From IMG/VR virus record IMGVR_UViG_3300017917_000784, positions 1 through 64,000 of that record: a stretch of 64,000 nt of DNA; one strand, given 5' to 3'. The stretch's first letter is position 1, and each line of letters begins with the position of its first letter. The position numbers and the translations under genes are program-made. The stretch is from a virus. Under the pieces are notes generated by a model. It saw only the letters and a program-made list of their open reading frames with translations, did not search any database and was not told the DNA's origin. Positions 37,269-46,518 of this stretch are shown here, one piece after another.

Positions 37269-38394
37269 CGAACTACAAGTCCATTGGGATAATAAAGTTG
37301 TTGATTATGATTTAGAAAAATATAATTGGCCTGCATGGGCACTGAGTGTTATACAAGAAGTTGCTCCTCAAGTAAAAGAACTTGAAACAATGCACGAGGT
37401 TCTAACACCAGCAGAAATTGTTAGGGTGGGTCAGCATGTACAAAATGCTTGCAGTCGCAGAGACTTTATGGAAAGATTCGACGAGTTTGCGGCAGGTATT
37501 GTTCCACAACGTATTAACAATAAGCGTTATATGATTCAACGTCAAGGAACTTTACGTGTTGTTATTCCTAATCAAGCAAAGGTAGGACGTAGACTTGCGT
37601 TTCATCAAGGTATTTTTGTAGGTAATGGCAGAGGTTGCCGTACTATTTGGACTCCATTTACTCGTGCAGAAAAAACCAATACTATGTGGATGTTGGACCT
37701 AGACATCAGCAGAGAAATTACTAAACGTGTGCTCGCTGAAAAATGGAGTTTAGAAAAGTTTGAAGAAGAAAGTTTAAAACACGCATGGCCAGTTACGCTA
37801 AGTCCAGGTCAAAGTCATTTATTTTTCCAAGAGCATATTCATGGTAATGTAAACAACGATGAAGGATATACTCGTGTTAGTTTAGATATGCGTATCCTAA
37901 TCGAAGGCGAAGAGTGGGGACGTAGACTTCCTGGTGGATTTATGCGTTTACCTGGTGACTACGAAGTTACAGAAACTATGGATTATACTGGTAAAAGTTT
38001 TATCACGTATGCTGGGTGGAATAGTAAGTTTAGTAAAGACATTCCGTTACCTATGCAACGTGCAATTATAGAGCCATATTGTCAAAAGAACAAGATTGCT
38101 TATACAAGTTATGAATTTGAAAACGAACATATGGATTGGCAGCCTGGTTTAGAGTATTACATTAAAGAACGTCCGGACGGTATTGTTTTGTGCAGTATGT
38201 ACAGTCTAACTGATGACATTCAACGTCGAAGTGAAATTTTAAATTTGGCTTTAGATTTAGGAGTTGAATTACACTTTGCTAACGAACTTACCAGTCTTAA
38301 AACTAAAAAAGATTTAGAAAAAATTGAAACTTATCTAAATTTTGCAGTTCCTAAAAAGGGACTACAAGTATGGGAAGAAGGTTGGCCGGGTTGA
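37261..38394 (+). CDS. StrG-like Fe(II) oxygenase fused to a small alpha/beta domain (sporadic carbohydrate cluster type)
   Basis: LAFH...IWTPF...HGNVNN.EGYTRVSLDMR; C-terminal IPLPMQR...GIVLCSMYSL...LHFANE. Confidence 0.6.
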   Translation: MLNELQVHWDNKVVDYDLEKYNWPAWALSVIQEVAPQVKELETMHEVLTPAEIVRVGQHVQNACSRRDFMERFDEFAAGIVPQRINNKRYMIQRQGTLRVVIPNQAKVGRRLAFHQGIFVGNGRGCRTIWTPFTRAEKTNTMWMLDLDISREITKRVLAEKWSLEKFEEESLKHAWPVTLSPGQSHLFFQEHIHGNVNNDEGYTRVSLDMRILIEGEEWGRRLPGGFMRLPGDYEVTETMDYTGKSFITYAGWNSKFSKDIPLPMQRAIIEPYCQKNKIAYTSYEFENEHMDWQPGLEYYIKERPDGIVLCSMYSLTDDIQRRSEILNLALDLGVELHFANELTSLKTKKDLEKIETYLNFAVPKKGLQVWEEGWPG

Positions 38395-38897
38395 AAACAC
38401 AAGGGCACTTGACACCTTATTGGACAAAGGAATCTATTAGCCAGATTCCTTTTGTTACACCTCCAAATCCTAATATTGGATTTGATCTTGTTGATGATCA
38501 AGATCAAATAAGATACAACGGATTAATCACTGCTGATAGGGTAACTGAATTACCGGAAGTTTTAAAATCGGATTTATTAGAAAAAGAATTTGATTGGTTA
38601 GAAAATAAAATTTATGCTGTACATAGAATGAACCCCGGAACCCTTTTGCCTATACACAGAGATTTATATAGATATTTTAAAACTAACAATAACATTGATA
38701 ACATAAACGATATCATTAGAGTAATAGTTTTTTTAGATAGTTGGCACAGCGGTCAACTATTAGAAATAAACGATACTATGGTTGTAAATTGGCAAGCGGG
38801 TGACTGGTATATGTGGAGAGGCGGTGATGCACATCTTGCGGCTAATCTGGGTCATCAAAATAGATATACTTTACAGATTACAGGAACTTTAAAGTGA
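38391..38897 (+). CDS. Fe(II)/2OG oxygenase-like protein, paralogue B
   Basis: PIHRD...HLAANLGHQNRYTLQITG. Confidence 0.7.
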   Translation: MKTQGHLTPYWTKESISQIPFVTPPNPNIGFDLVDDQDQIRYNGLITADRVTELPEVLKSDLLEKEFDWLENKIYAVHRMNPGTLLPIHRDLYRYFKTNNNIDNINDIIRVIVFLDSWHSGQLLEINDTMVVNWQAGDWYMWRGGDAHLAANLGHQNRYTLQITGTLK

Positions 38898-39103
38898 GTC
38901 CTAGCGATCACGAAGTTAACGTGGACTATCATACCGGACAAAACGGAATTTGGTGGAATGAAACCTGCGCTATGGTTATGGAAGTATTTGGACTACCTGG
39001 AGATCGGTTTGTGGCCTCTCCTACAGAAGATTATATGACATTTACATTTAAATCAAAAAAGGATGCGGATTTATGCAGGATTCTACTGTCAGAAAGGTTG
39101 TAA
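38894..39103 (+). CDS. Hypothetical protein
   Basis: GTGA coupling; WNETCA...FGLPG. Confidence 0.65.
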   Translation: MSPSDHEVNVDYHTGQNGIWWNETCAMVMEVFGLPGDRFVASPTEDYMTFTFKSKKDADLCRILLSERL

Positions 39104-39312
39104 TTACTGGTTGGTTGGTTTCGATATCATTAATATTAATATTCAGTAATTTTGGAAATTCCAAACCAATAATGGTATACGACTGCGGTATAGCAGAATG
39201 GCATCCAGATATACCAAAAGAAGTTCGAGACGAATGTCGTAAATTACGTTTGGAAGAATTTTATCAAAGAAACGAGCAAGAAATTCCTAGAAAAAATTTG
39301 ACAACGACCTAA
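39073..39312 (+). CDS. Hypothetical protein with N-terminal TM segment
   Basis: Hydrophobic anchor, YDC.IAE.HPD.P..V..EC. Confidence 0.55.
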   Translation: MQDSTVRKVVITGWLVSISLILIFSNFGNSKPIMVYDCGIAEWHPDIPKEVRDECRKLRLEEFYQRNEQEIPRKNLTTT

Positions 39313-39327
39313 ATAAACCTATATAAT
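39298..39327 (+). promoter_or_regulatory. sigma70-like promoter for folE
   Basis: TTGACA-18 bp-TATAAT. Confidence 0.7.
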
Positions 39328-39333
39328 ATTACA

Positions 39334-39360
39334 AAGCGATCCACCGCTTAAACTCGGAGT
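39334..39360 (+). promoter_or_regulatory. Hairpin / H-type pseudoknot candidate in the folE leader
   Basis: aagcg-atccac-cgctt stem-loop; loop UCC is complementary to GGA of the SD (39356-39358). Confidence 0.45.
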
Positions 39361-39369
39361 AAAATATAA

Positions 39370-40116
39370 ATGACAGATAAAAAAGAAACAGCATTAGACG
39401 CACTAGCCGGCGACGGCGGATATCAAGAAGCATATCTAGCAGACGTAATCCGTACAAAAATGAAACGTGACAAAAAGCGTTTCTGGGCAGGTGACAATAT
39501 TTCAGACTATGTCACTGAAGAAATGAAACACAAACTTATCGATGAAGCAACAGAAGCATTTGAATTAGTGCTTGATCGTTTGCTTATTGATAGAGAAACA
39601 GATCCTAACAGTCAAGGAACAGCACGTAGGTTGGCTAAGATGTACTTTAACGAGATAATGAATGGAAGATATGAGCCAAGCCCAGATTGTACAGCGTTTC
39701 CGAACGATTCGGCAGACCGCTATGAGGGTATGCTCGTGGTGCGTAGTGAACTTCGTAGTATGTGTAGCCATCATCATCAACCTGTTGCTGGGGTTGCGTA
39801 TATTGGCATCATTGCGGCAGAAAAACTGATTGGACTCAGTAAGTACACTCGTATTGCACAGTGGTGTGCTAGACGTGGTACTCTACAAGAAGAACTTGCT
39901 AATGACATTGCTCGTGAGATTGCTAAAGCAACCGGAGCAAAAGACGTAGGCGTCTATATTCAAGCCACACACGGTTGTTGTGAAAATCGCGGAATTATGG
40001 CACATAGCAGTTTAACACAGACTACAGTGTTAAAAGGTGCATTTAAAGACGATGCAGGCACAAAGAAAGAGTTCTTTGATAACATTAAACTACAACAGGA
40101 CTTTGCTCCTAGGTAA
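39370..40116 (+). CDS. folE: GTP cyclohydrolase I (type IA)
   Basis: RSMCSHHHQP, GLSKYTR, LQEEL, HGCC..RG. Confidence 0.95.
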   Translation: MTDKKETALDALAGDGGYQEAYLADVIRTKMKRDKKRFWAGDNISDYVTEEMKHKLIDEATEAFELVLDRLLIDRETDPNSQGTARRLAKMYFNEIMNGRYEPSPDCTAFPNDSADRYEGMLVVRSELRSMCSHHHQPVAGVAYIGIIAAEKLIGLSKYTRIAQWCARRGTLQEELANDIAREIAKATGAKDVGVYIQATHGCCENRGIMAHSSLTQTTVLKGAFKDDAGTKKEFFDNIKLQQDFAPR

Positions 40117-40126
40117 GGAAAAACAA

Positions 40127-40321
40127 ATGACACCAAAAGTAGAAAATATGAAAAAAGGTACATGTGGGTGCGGACGTAGCCCTACTGGAGATTGCATCGG
40201 CTGGCACGCCCTATCTGAAGAAGAATATCAAAAGAAAAAATCAGATTGGGAATTAGCCGAATATCGAAAACAGGCTAACGAACTTTGGAACGATAGTTGT
40301 ACTAGTGGAAGGGCAGAATAA
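40127..40321 (+). CDS. Small CDGSH-like iron-sulfur protein
   Basis: CGCGRSPTGDCIGWH resembles CxCx2Sx3PxCDGSH. Confidence 0.55.
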   Translation: MTPKVENMKKGTCGCGRSPTGDCIGWHALSEEEYQKKKSDWELAEYRKQANELWNDSCTSGRAE

Positions 40322-40812
40322 TGGCTACTTGGAAAATTCGAAATTACTACAAAAAATCCATTGAAGAACACGAGCAGTTTAGCAAAGATGGCTTGACAAT
40401 TACTCATAGAACAGGGTGGCGTTCAGGTAGTTGGTATGTTACTACTTCCGACGATGAACTTCCTGAATTTGAGTTTGACTATGTTCCAGGCGGAGATGGG
40501 CGCAAAGATAGTATCGATGTATATAACTTCCCTGGTCCAAACATTGAAGATGTTGAACTTATCGAAACATTCGATGGTTGTTGGGAGGAATATGATTGGC
40601 CCGAGGAGTTGGATGAAGACGAACGTGCTCAACTAGAAGAACTTGTCGACGAAGAAGGTGTTTATGCTTTGGAAGAACATGGCTGGACACAGGAGGATAC
40701 CCAATGTTGGATGTGGGGCCCTATTGTTATCGAAGACGAAGATGGTAATCAAGTAAAGATTATTATGGCCGACGAAGAAGGCAACTGTGTAGAGTTCAAG
40801 GAGGAAGAATGA
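40321..40812 (+). CDS. Acidic hypothetical protein
   Basis: Coupled ORF, strongly Asp/Glu-rich. Confidence 0.7.
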   Translation: MATWKIRNYYKKSIEEHEQFSKDGLTITHRTGWRSGSWYVTTSDDELPEFEFDYVPGGDGRKDSIDVYNFPGPNIEDVELIETFDGCWEEYDWPEELDEDERAQLEELVDEEGVYALEEHGWTQEDTQCWMWGPIVIEDEDGNQVKIIMADEEGNCVEFKEEE

Positions 40813-41024
40813 ACTCTGTAGACATGGCCAATGATTTAATTAATCGTGCTAAAAATCTAAAAAAGTTTGAAGTAAAGCGTATGCTCGAAAACGGAATCTT
40901 ATTTAACGGTAGTGTACCTTTTGATATTAAAGGTAAAGACGACTGCTATTGGATTTATGCCTATGCTGTTACTCAAGAAGAAGCAGAAGCAAAAGTCGAT
41001 GCGTGGCTAAAGGATCGTGTATGA
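40809..41024 (+). CDS. Hypothetical protein
   Basis: ATGA coupling, GAGG SD. Confidence 0.65.
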   Translation: MNSVDMANDLINRAKNLKKFEVKRMLENGILFNGSVPFDIKGKDDCYWIYAYAVTQEEAEAKVDAWLKDRV

Positions 41025-41299
41025 AGTGGCTTAAAAGAAAACTACGCATTTGGCTTCAAGAAGAAGACACGCTAGAATGTGCATCTATTGGAAAAATTCG
41101 AGTTTCAGAAGATTGTGTTGAAAGCGATCCTGTGTTAAACTTTAAAGTATATAATGCTATAGGTGGAAAGATTGTAGAGTTTAGGCACTATGATCGTCAG
41201 AAAGATCGAAATTTTAATCAAACCTATATCATTACTAATGATCAAGATTTTGGAGAACGAATTGCTAAAATCGCAACTATGGAAGTATTAAAACAATGA
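41021..41299 (+). CDS. Hypothetical protein
   Basis: ATGA coupling at both ends. Confidence 0.65.
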   Translation: MKWLKRKLRIWLQEEDTLECASIGKIRVSEDCVESDPVLNFKVYNAIGGKIVEFRHYDRQKDRNFNQTYIITNDQDFGERIAKIATMEVLKQ

Positions 41300-42156
41300 G
41301 TCAAATTAAACTTGCTGAATTATTTTACAGCATACAGGGCGAAGGACGCTACATGGGCGTCCCGTCTGTGTTTATGCGTACTTTTGGTTGTAACTTTAAA
41401 TGTGCTGGCTTTGGTATGCCTAAAGGTGCAAATACTACAGAAGTAGAACCAATTGCCGCTAATGTGCATCTTTACAAAAGTTACGAGGAATTGCCATTGG
41501 TTAGTACAGGCTGTGACAGTTATGCTAGTTGGCACCCTGCTTTTAAACATCTAAGTCCATTTTATACTATTGATGAAATTATAGATAAAACATTAGCAGT
41601 ATTGCCCAACAAGCAATGGGAAGATGAACACTTGGTCATTACAGGTGGTGAACCTTTACTAGGGTGGCAACGTGAGTACGAAGCATTAATTAGCGATCCT
41701 CGTATGCGTGGTTTAAAAGAAATTACATTTGAAACTAACGGTACTCAAGAACTACATCGTAGTTTTAAAGACTTTTTAATTGCATGGCAACAACCTCCGT
41801 TGGGTATGCCTAAAACTCACGAAGTAACATTTAGTGTTAGTGCTAAACTTAGTTGCAGTGGTGAAAGTCGAGCAGATGCTATTAAGCCAGACGTAGTATG
41901 TTCTTATCAAGAAGTAGGATATACATATCTTAAATTTGTAATTGCTACAGAAGAAGACGCAGAAGAAGCATTAGAAACTTTAGATATCTATCGTGCTGAA
42001 GGATTTACAGGTCCTTGTTATTTGATGCCTGTTGGCGGAGTTGAAAGTGTTTATACGCTAAACAATCGTCGAGTGGCAGAATTTGCAATGAAAAACGGGT
42101 TGCGTTATTCGGATCGCCTACAAGTACCTTTATTTAAAAATGAGTGGGGTACATAA
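41296..42156 (+). CDS. queE: 7-carboxy-7-deazaguanine synthase (QueE-like radical SAM)
   Basis: ELFYSIQGEG, RTFGCNFKC, CDS, ITGGEP, FETNG, SVSAK, RLQ. Confidence 0.85.
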   Translation: MSQIKLAELFYSIQGEGRYMGVPSVFMRTFGCNFKCAGFGMPKGANTTEVEPIAANVHLYKSYEELPLVSTGCDSYASWHPAFKHLSPFYTIDEIIDKTLAVLPNKQWEDEHLVITGGEPLLGWQREYEALISDPRMRGLKEITFETNGTQELHRSFKDFLIAWQQPPLGMPKTHEVTFSVSAKLSCSGESRADAIKPDVVCSYQEVGYTYLKFVIATEEDAEEALETLDIYRAEGFTGPCYLMPVGGVESVYTLNNRRVAEFAMKNGLRYSDRLQVPLFKNEWGT

Positions 42157-42587
42157 TGAAAAACATTATTAAAAGAGTATTTGGCATTGATAAGTTAGAG
42201 CAAGCCAAACAAGAAGCCAAACAAGCGGCAGAAGAAGCACTAAAAATAGCAGAGGACGCTAAACGTGCGGCAGAAGAAGCATTGATGACTCCAAAAGAGC
42301 GTGCCACTGCTAGAGGTGAGCCCTATGTTGGTGTATTGGAAACTCACGTCAATAAAGAAAATCTACGTAACGGTTTTTTTGAACTTGACTGGAACGACCA
42401 ATTTGTGTTACAATTAAAGCAAGAAGGTTATGGTTTTGACGGCGATCCAGATGAAGAAATTGTGGATCGTTGGTTTAGAACTTTATGTCGAGACATAGCC
42501 GGCGAAGAGGGCATTGATATGACTGACCGTGGTGCTGGTTTTATTAATGTTAGAAAAATTGCTGAAGGTAAATCGGAAGTTTCATGA
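42156..42587 (+). CDS. Hypothetical protein
   Basis: Coupled ORF; GFFELDWN motif. Confidence 0.7.
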   Translation: MKNIIKRVFGIDKLEQAKQEAKQAAEEALKIAEDAKRAAEEALMTPKERATARGEPYVGVLETHVNKENLRNGFFELDWNDQFVLQLKQEGYGFDGDPDEEIVDRWFRTLCRDIAGEEGIDMTDRGAGFINVRKIAEGKSEVS

Positions 42588-43552
42588 CATACATTTTAGT
42601 TGATACTGCTAATACATTCTTTCGTGCAAGACACGTAATTAAGGGCGATGCCGATATTAAACTTGGCATGGCATTCCATATCACACTTAACAGTATCAAG
42701 AAAGCATGGCAAGATTTTGAAGGTAGCCATGTAGTTTTCTGCTTAGAAGGTCGCAGTTGGCGTAAGGATTACTACGAACCTTATAAACGCAATCGTAGTG
42801 ATGCTCGTGCGGCGCTGACACCTAAGGAACAAGAAGAAGATCAATTGTTCTGGGAAAGTTTTGACATGTTCAAAGACTTTATTGCAGAAAAGACTAATTG
42901 TACTGTGCTACAGCATCCTCAACTAGAAGCAGATGACTTAATTGCTGGCTGGATTCAAAGTCATCCTGATTCAAAACATGTTATTATCAGTACCGACAGC
43001 GATTTTGTTCAACTCATTGCGCCCAATGTAAGTCAATATAATGGTGTTATGGAACATCACATCACACACGAAGGTATATTTGATAAAAAAGGTAATCGTG
43101 TTTTAGATACTAAAACTAAAGAGCCTAAGGCTATTCCAGACCCGCAGTGGCTACTATTTGAAAAATGTATTCGTGGAGACAGCAGTGATAACGTATTTTC
43201 TGCATATCCAAAAGTGCGTAAAAACAAATTAGAGGAAGCCTTCCGAGATAGACAAAATAAAGGGTTTGCATGGAATAATCTTATGCTACAACGTTGGGTT
43301 GATCATAACGGCGAAGAACATCGTGTGTTGGAAGACTACGAACGTAATCGTAAATTAATTGACCTTACACAACAGCCAGACGATATTAAAGAAAAAATAT
43401 TTGGTACTATTAAAGAAAATATTGATAAAGAAAAAAATGTAAGTCAAGTTGGTATTCGTTTACTTAAATTTTGCCAACTATATGATCTTAAGAAAATTTC
43501 TGAACAGGCACAACAATATGCCGAACCACTTAATGCGAGATATCATAAATGA
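42584..43552 (+). CDS. rnh: T4 RNase H-like 5'-3' exonuclease
   Basis: ILVD, SWRK, YKRNR, EADD, STDSDFVQL, GDSSDNV. Confidence 0.88.
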   Translation: MTYILVDTANTFFRARHVIKGDADIKLGMAFHITLNSIKKAWQDFEGSHVVFCLEGRSWRKDYYEPYKRNRSDARAALTPKEQEEDQLFWESFDMFKDFIAEKTNCTVLQHPQLEADDLIAGWIQSHPDSKHVIISTDSDFVQLIAPNVSQYNGVMEHHITHEGIFDKKGNRVLDTKTKEPKAIPDPQWLLFEKCIRGDSSDNVFSAYPKVRKNKLEEAFRDRQNKGFAWNNLMLQRWVDHNGEEHRVLEDYERNRKLIDLTQQPDDIKEKIFGTIKENIDKEKNVSQVGIRLLKFCQLYDLKKISEQAQQYAEPLNARYHK

Positions 43553-44085
43553 ATGCTTGTCAATATGTTGACACTTGTGAAAGTAAAACTGAAAATTGCT
43601 GGGAGAAAACAGTGAATGAATTACATGCTAAACCTATTGTAGATGGTAAATTCTGGATTGTCGAAGATCACGGAAACAAAGTGGGTATTCTTAAAGTTAC
43701 TGAACAGAAAAAATATGTTTTTAGTAGTAAGGATACTGTTACTACTTTCGATAATAAGAAAAAACTTTTTGAAACATTTGGAAAGAACTTTTTCGTAGCC
43801 AAATCATTCGAAGTTAAACAAGAAATTGAAAAAGAAGTCCACGGGTACCCTGCAAGTAGCGAACCACATAATCCAATGTTCGATGTAAGACGCAATCTTC
43901 CGCTGTTTACAAAAAGCGGTAAATCAAAGTCAGTTTATTGTGCAGGATACTATATTATTAAGTTTAACAAAGGTTGGGTTAAAAGTTTCTGTCCTAAATT
44001 GATTACTATTGAAAGAAATCCGTACGAAGGGCCGTTTAAAACTCAATTAGAAATGAAGCAGAGGTTATCCAGTGTCTCAAAATAA
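43549..44085 (+). CDS. Hypothetical protein
   Basis: Coupled ORF. Confidence 0.7.
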   Translation: MNACQYVDTCESKTENCWEKTVNELHAKPIVDGKFWIVEDHGNKVGILKVTEQKKYVFSSKDTVTTFDNKKKLFETFGKNFFVAKSFEVKQEIEKEVHGYPASSEPHNPMFDVRRNLPLFTKSGKSKSVYCAGYYIIKFNKGWVKSFCPKLITIERNPYEGPFKTQLEMKQRLSSVSK

Positions 44086-44317
44086 TTTAATTAATACAAC
44101 ATCTATTCAGCAGTTTATTAATCAAGTTAAGGGTGCCGAAAATAGCAACCAGCGAGAGATCAAACTGGATATTACTACTGCTAAAAATCTTAGTCACACG
44201 TTAGCACTAGTAATGACACGACTAGCAGGTAATTACGAAGGCTTGATACAAAAAACCTCTAGTAATGAACCAGAAGTACAGGTAAAAATGGACGGCGGTA
44301 GTTGGGATAAAAACTGA
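44072..44317 (+). CDS. Hypothetical protein
   Basis: GAGG SD, GTG start. Confidence 0.6.
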   Translation: MSQNNLINTTSIQQFINQVKGAENSNQREIKLDITTAKNLSHTLALVMTRLAGNYEGLIQKTSSNEPEVQVKMDGGSWDKN

Positions 44318-44360
44318 CCTAGATGGGCTAAATATACGCATATATTGGAGATATGTGTAT

Positions 44361-44645
44361 ATGAGCCGTCCAAAGCCAACTGTAATACTAGAAAACATAA
44401 ACAAGAAAACTTTTAAAAGCGATCAAATATTAGAAGCAGAAGCCATCTGGGCCGTGTTCTTTAAAGGTCGTCCTTTTAATTTAAAAAGTCAGAATAGTCT
44501 AGGCGGCTACGCTGGCAGTAAGTATAAAAAAGTAAGTTTCTCTAATCCAGGCCATGCACACAATTTGGCAAAAAAACTAAACACCATGTTCAATTCTAAA
44601 GACTTTGCGGTTGTAAAATTAACGCAAGGCGAAGAAGTGAAATGA
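44361..44645 (+). CDS. Hypothetical protein
   Basis: MSRPKP start, GGAG SD. Confidence 0.7.
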   Translation: MSRPKPTVILENINKKTFKSDQILEAEAIWAVFFKGRPFNLKSQNSLGGYAGSKYKKVSFSNPGHAHNLAKKLNTMFNSKDFAVVKLTQGEEVK

Positions 44646-45028
44646 ATCAAGAAACATATACACGAATTTTCTTAAAATCTGCCGAACAATCCATCACAGA
44701 AGAAAATGTAAAAATACATCTTCGTAAATGGTGGAAAAATACTAGACTTAAAAAAGAAGGCGGTTTACGCCTCACAGACGAAGGTTTAGACTTTGTTAAA
44801 AATACATTAGACTTAAGAGTCTACGAAGTTCCATTTCCTTTAAGTTTAGATTTAAAACCAGAAGTTATACTTTTTTTGGACAAGTTTATCGATTGTCCAT
44901 ATCATCTCAGTGAAGAATCTATAACAGTGCTCAGTGAACGTAAAAATTTTGAACTTCACTTATTTGCAGGCGATGTTCATAGATACGGTTTAATAAAGGC
45001 TATGAAAAGAAAAAATGGGGAACAATGA
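44642..45028 (+). CDS. Hypothetical protein
   Basis: ATGA coupling; GGLRLTDEG. Confidence 0.7.
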   Translation: MNQETYTRIFLKSAEQSITEENVKIHLRKWWKNTRLKKEGGLRLTDEGLDFVKNTLDLRVYEVPFPLSLDLKPEVILFLDKFIDCPYHLSEESITVLSERKNFELHLFAGDVHRYGLIKAMKRKNGEQ

Positions 45029-46506
45029 AATTTCACGGATTACTCTTCAATGCTTGCACACTAAGATTTCGAAGAAATTTAGGTCCTTATAGACTAGCAC
45101 ATTTTTTAAGAGAAGAAGGTTGGGACATAGAAGTTTGTGAATGGGTTCCTTTTTGGCCTTTAGAAAAACTTAAAGAATACGCCCTTAGTCGAGTTACAAG
45201 TGATACTAAATTTTTTGGGTTTAGTGGTCATATGTGTTATTGGGATGATAACTTAAACGAGTTTGCAGGATGGTTGAAACAACAATGGCCAAATATTACT
45301 ATTATATACGGTGGTCAAAGTCGCCCTCAAATGGACAGCAAGTATATAGACATCTACATTTCAGGGTATAGCGAAGTAGCAATTAAAGAAGTATTGAAAT
45401 ACATAGCCGGTAATGGTACTATATCCGATCTGCGATTAGATGCTAATTGGTTATTACGAGGGAAAAAAGTTATAGATGCTAACGTAGCATTTGATCTTGC
45501 TGTTCCTAAAAGTTTAATGGTCAAATATCAGGATCGAGATTATATATTTCCCGACGAATGGCTTATTATTGAATTTAGCAGGGGCTGTAAATTTGAGTGT
45601 GTATTTTGCAATCACCCTGTATTAGGTGTCAAAGGCGATACTAGTCGTAGTCAAGAAGATTTTATAGAACAAGTGCAAGATGCCTATGATAGATTTGGTA
45701 GCACTAGATATTATGTAGCAGATGAAACATTTAATGATCGAACAGAAAAGATTGTAAAGTTTGCAGACGCTGTAGAAAGATTACCCTTTGAACCATTCTT
45801 TCACGGATTTATTAGAAGTGACTTACTAGTTGCTAGAGAAGAAGATCGACATCATCTAGCTCGTATGAACTTTCGTAGTCATTTTTACGGAGTTGAAACT
45901 TTTAATCATGCCAGTGGAAAGTTAGTAGGTAAAGGCATGAACCCAGAAAAACATAAACAAGGTTTAATCGATGTACGTCGATATTTTGAAACACAAGGGA
46001 ACGGAATATATAAAGGACAAATAGCATTAGTATTAGGGTTGCCTCACGAAACATGGGATACACTAAACAGCACATGGAAGTGGTTAAACGAAAATTGGGC
46101 AGGACAGGCTATAGACCCTAGTCCACTACAAATAAGCAAAGATGATATGTTAGATAAACCTAGCATTATTGATCGAGAATGGCGTAATTGGGGGTATCGA
46201 GAATCTAACCAGCCGTTGGAAGGTTTAAATTTTGTACAGGACGAATTGGAATTAACAGAATTAGCGGCTTTATTGAATTGGGAAAATGATCAATTCAATT
46301 TTAACGATATGAGAAAACTTGCAGATCAATGGATGGATGACGGTATGCATACATTTACCCCTCATGCGTGGGCATGGGAATGGCCGTTAATGGTTGTTGA
46401 TAATGATTTGAAAAAAGCCATGAATGTAAAAATGAGCGAAATTTTTGGGTTGGACGACCGACATTTATTGTTAGTAGACGCTTACATCTCCAAAAAACTT
46501 AATTGA
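45025..46506 (+). CDS. Cobalamin-binding-type radical SAM protein
   Basis: N-terminal LGPYRLA...GFS...IIYGG domain; SRGCKFECVFC, DETFN, GVETF, GLPHET. Confidence 0.8.
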   Translation: MKFHGLLFNACTLRFRRNLGPYRLAHFLREEGWDIEVCEWVPFWPLEKLKEYALSRVTSDTKFFGFSGHMCYWDDNLNEFAGWLKQQWPNITIIYGGQSRPQMDSKYIDIYISGYSEVAIKEVLKYIAGNGTISDLRLDANWLLRGKKVIDANVAFDLAVPKSLMVKYQDRDYIFPDEWLIIEFSRGCKFECVFCNHPVLGVKGDTSRSQEDFIEQVQDAYDRFGSTRYYVADETFNDRTEKIVKFADAVERLPFEPFFHGFIRSDLLVAREEDRHHLARMNFRSHFYGVETFNHASGKLVGKGMNPEKHKQGLIDVRRYFETQGNGIYKGQIALVLGLPHETWDTLNSTWKWLNENWAGQAIDPSPLQISKDDMLDKPSIIDREWRNWGYRESNQPLEGLNFVQDELELTELAALLNWENDQFNFNDMRKLADQWMDDGMHTFTPHAWAWEWPLMVVDNDLKKAMNVKMSEIFGLDDRHLLLVDAYISKKLN

Positions 46507-46518
46507 TTTAAAAAGAAG

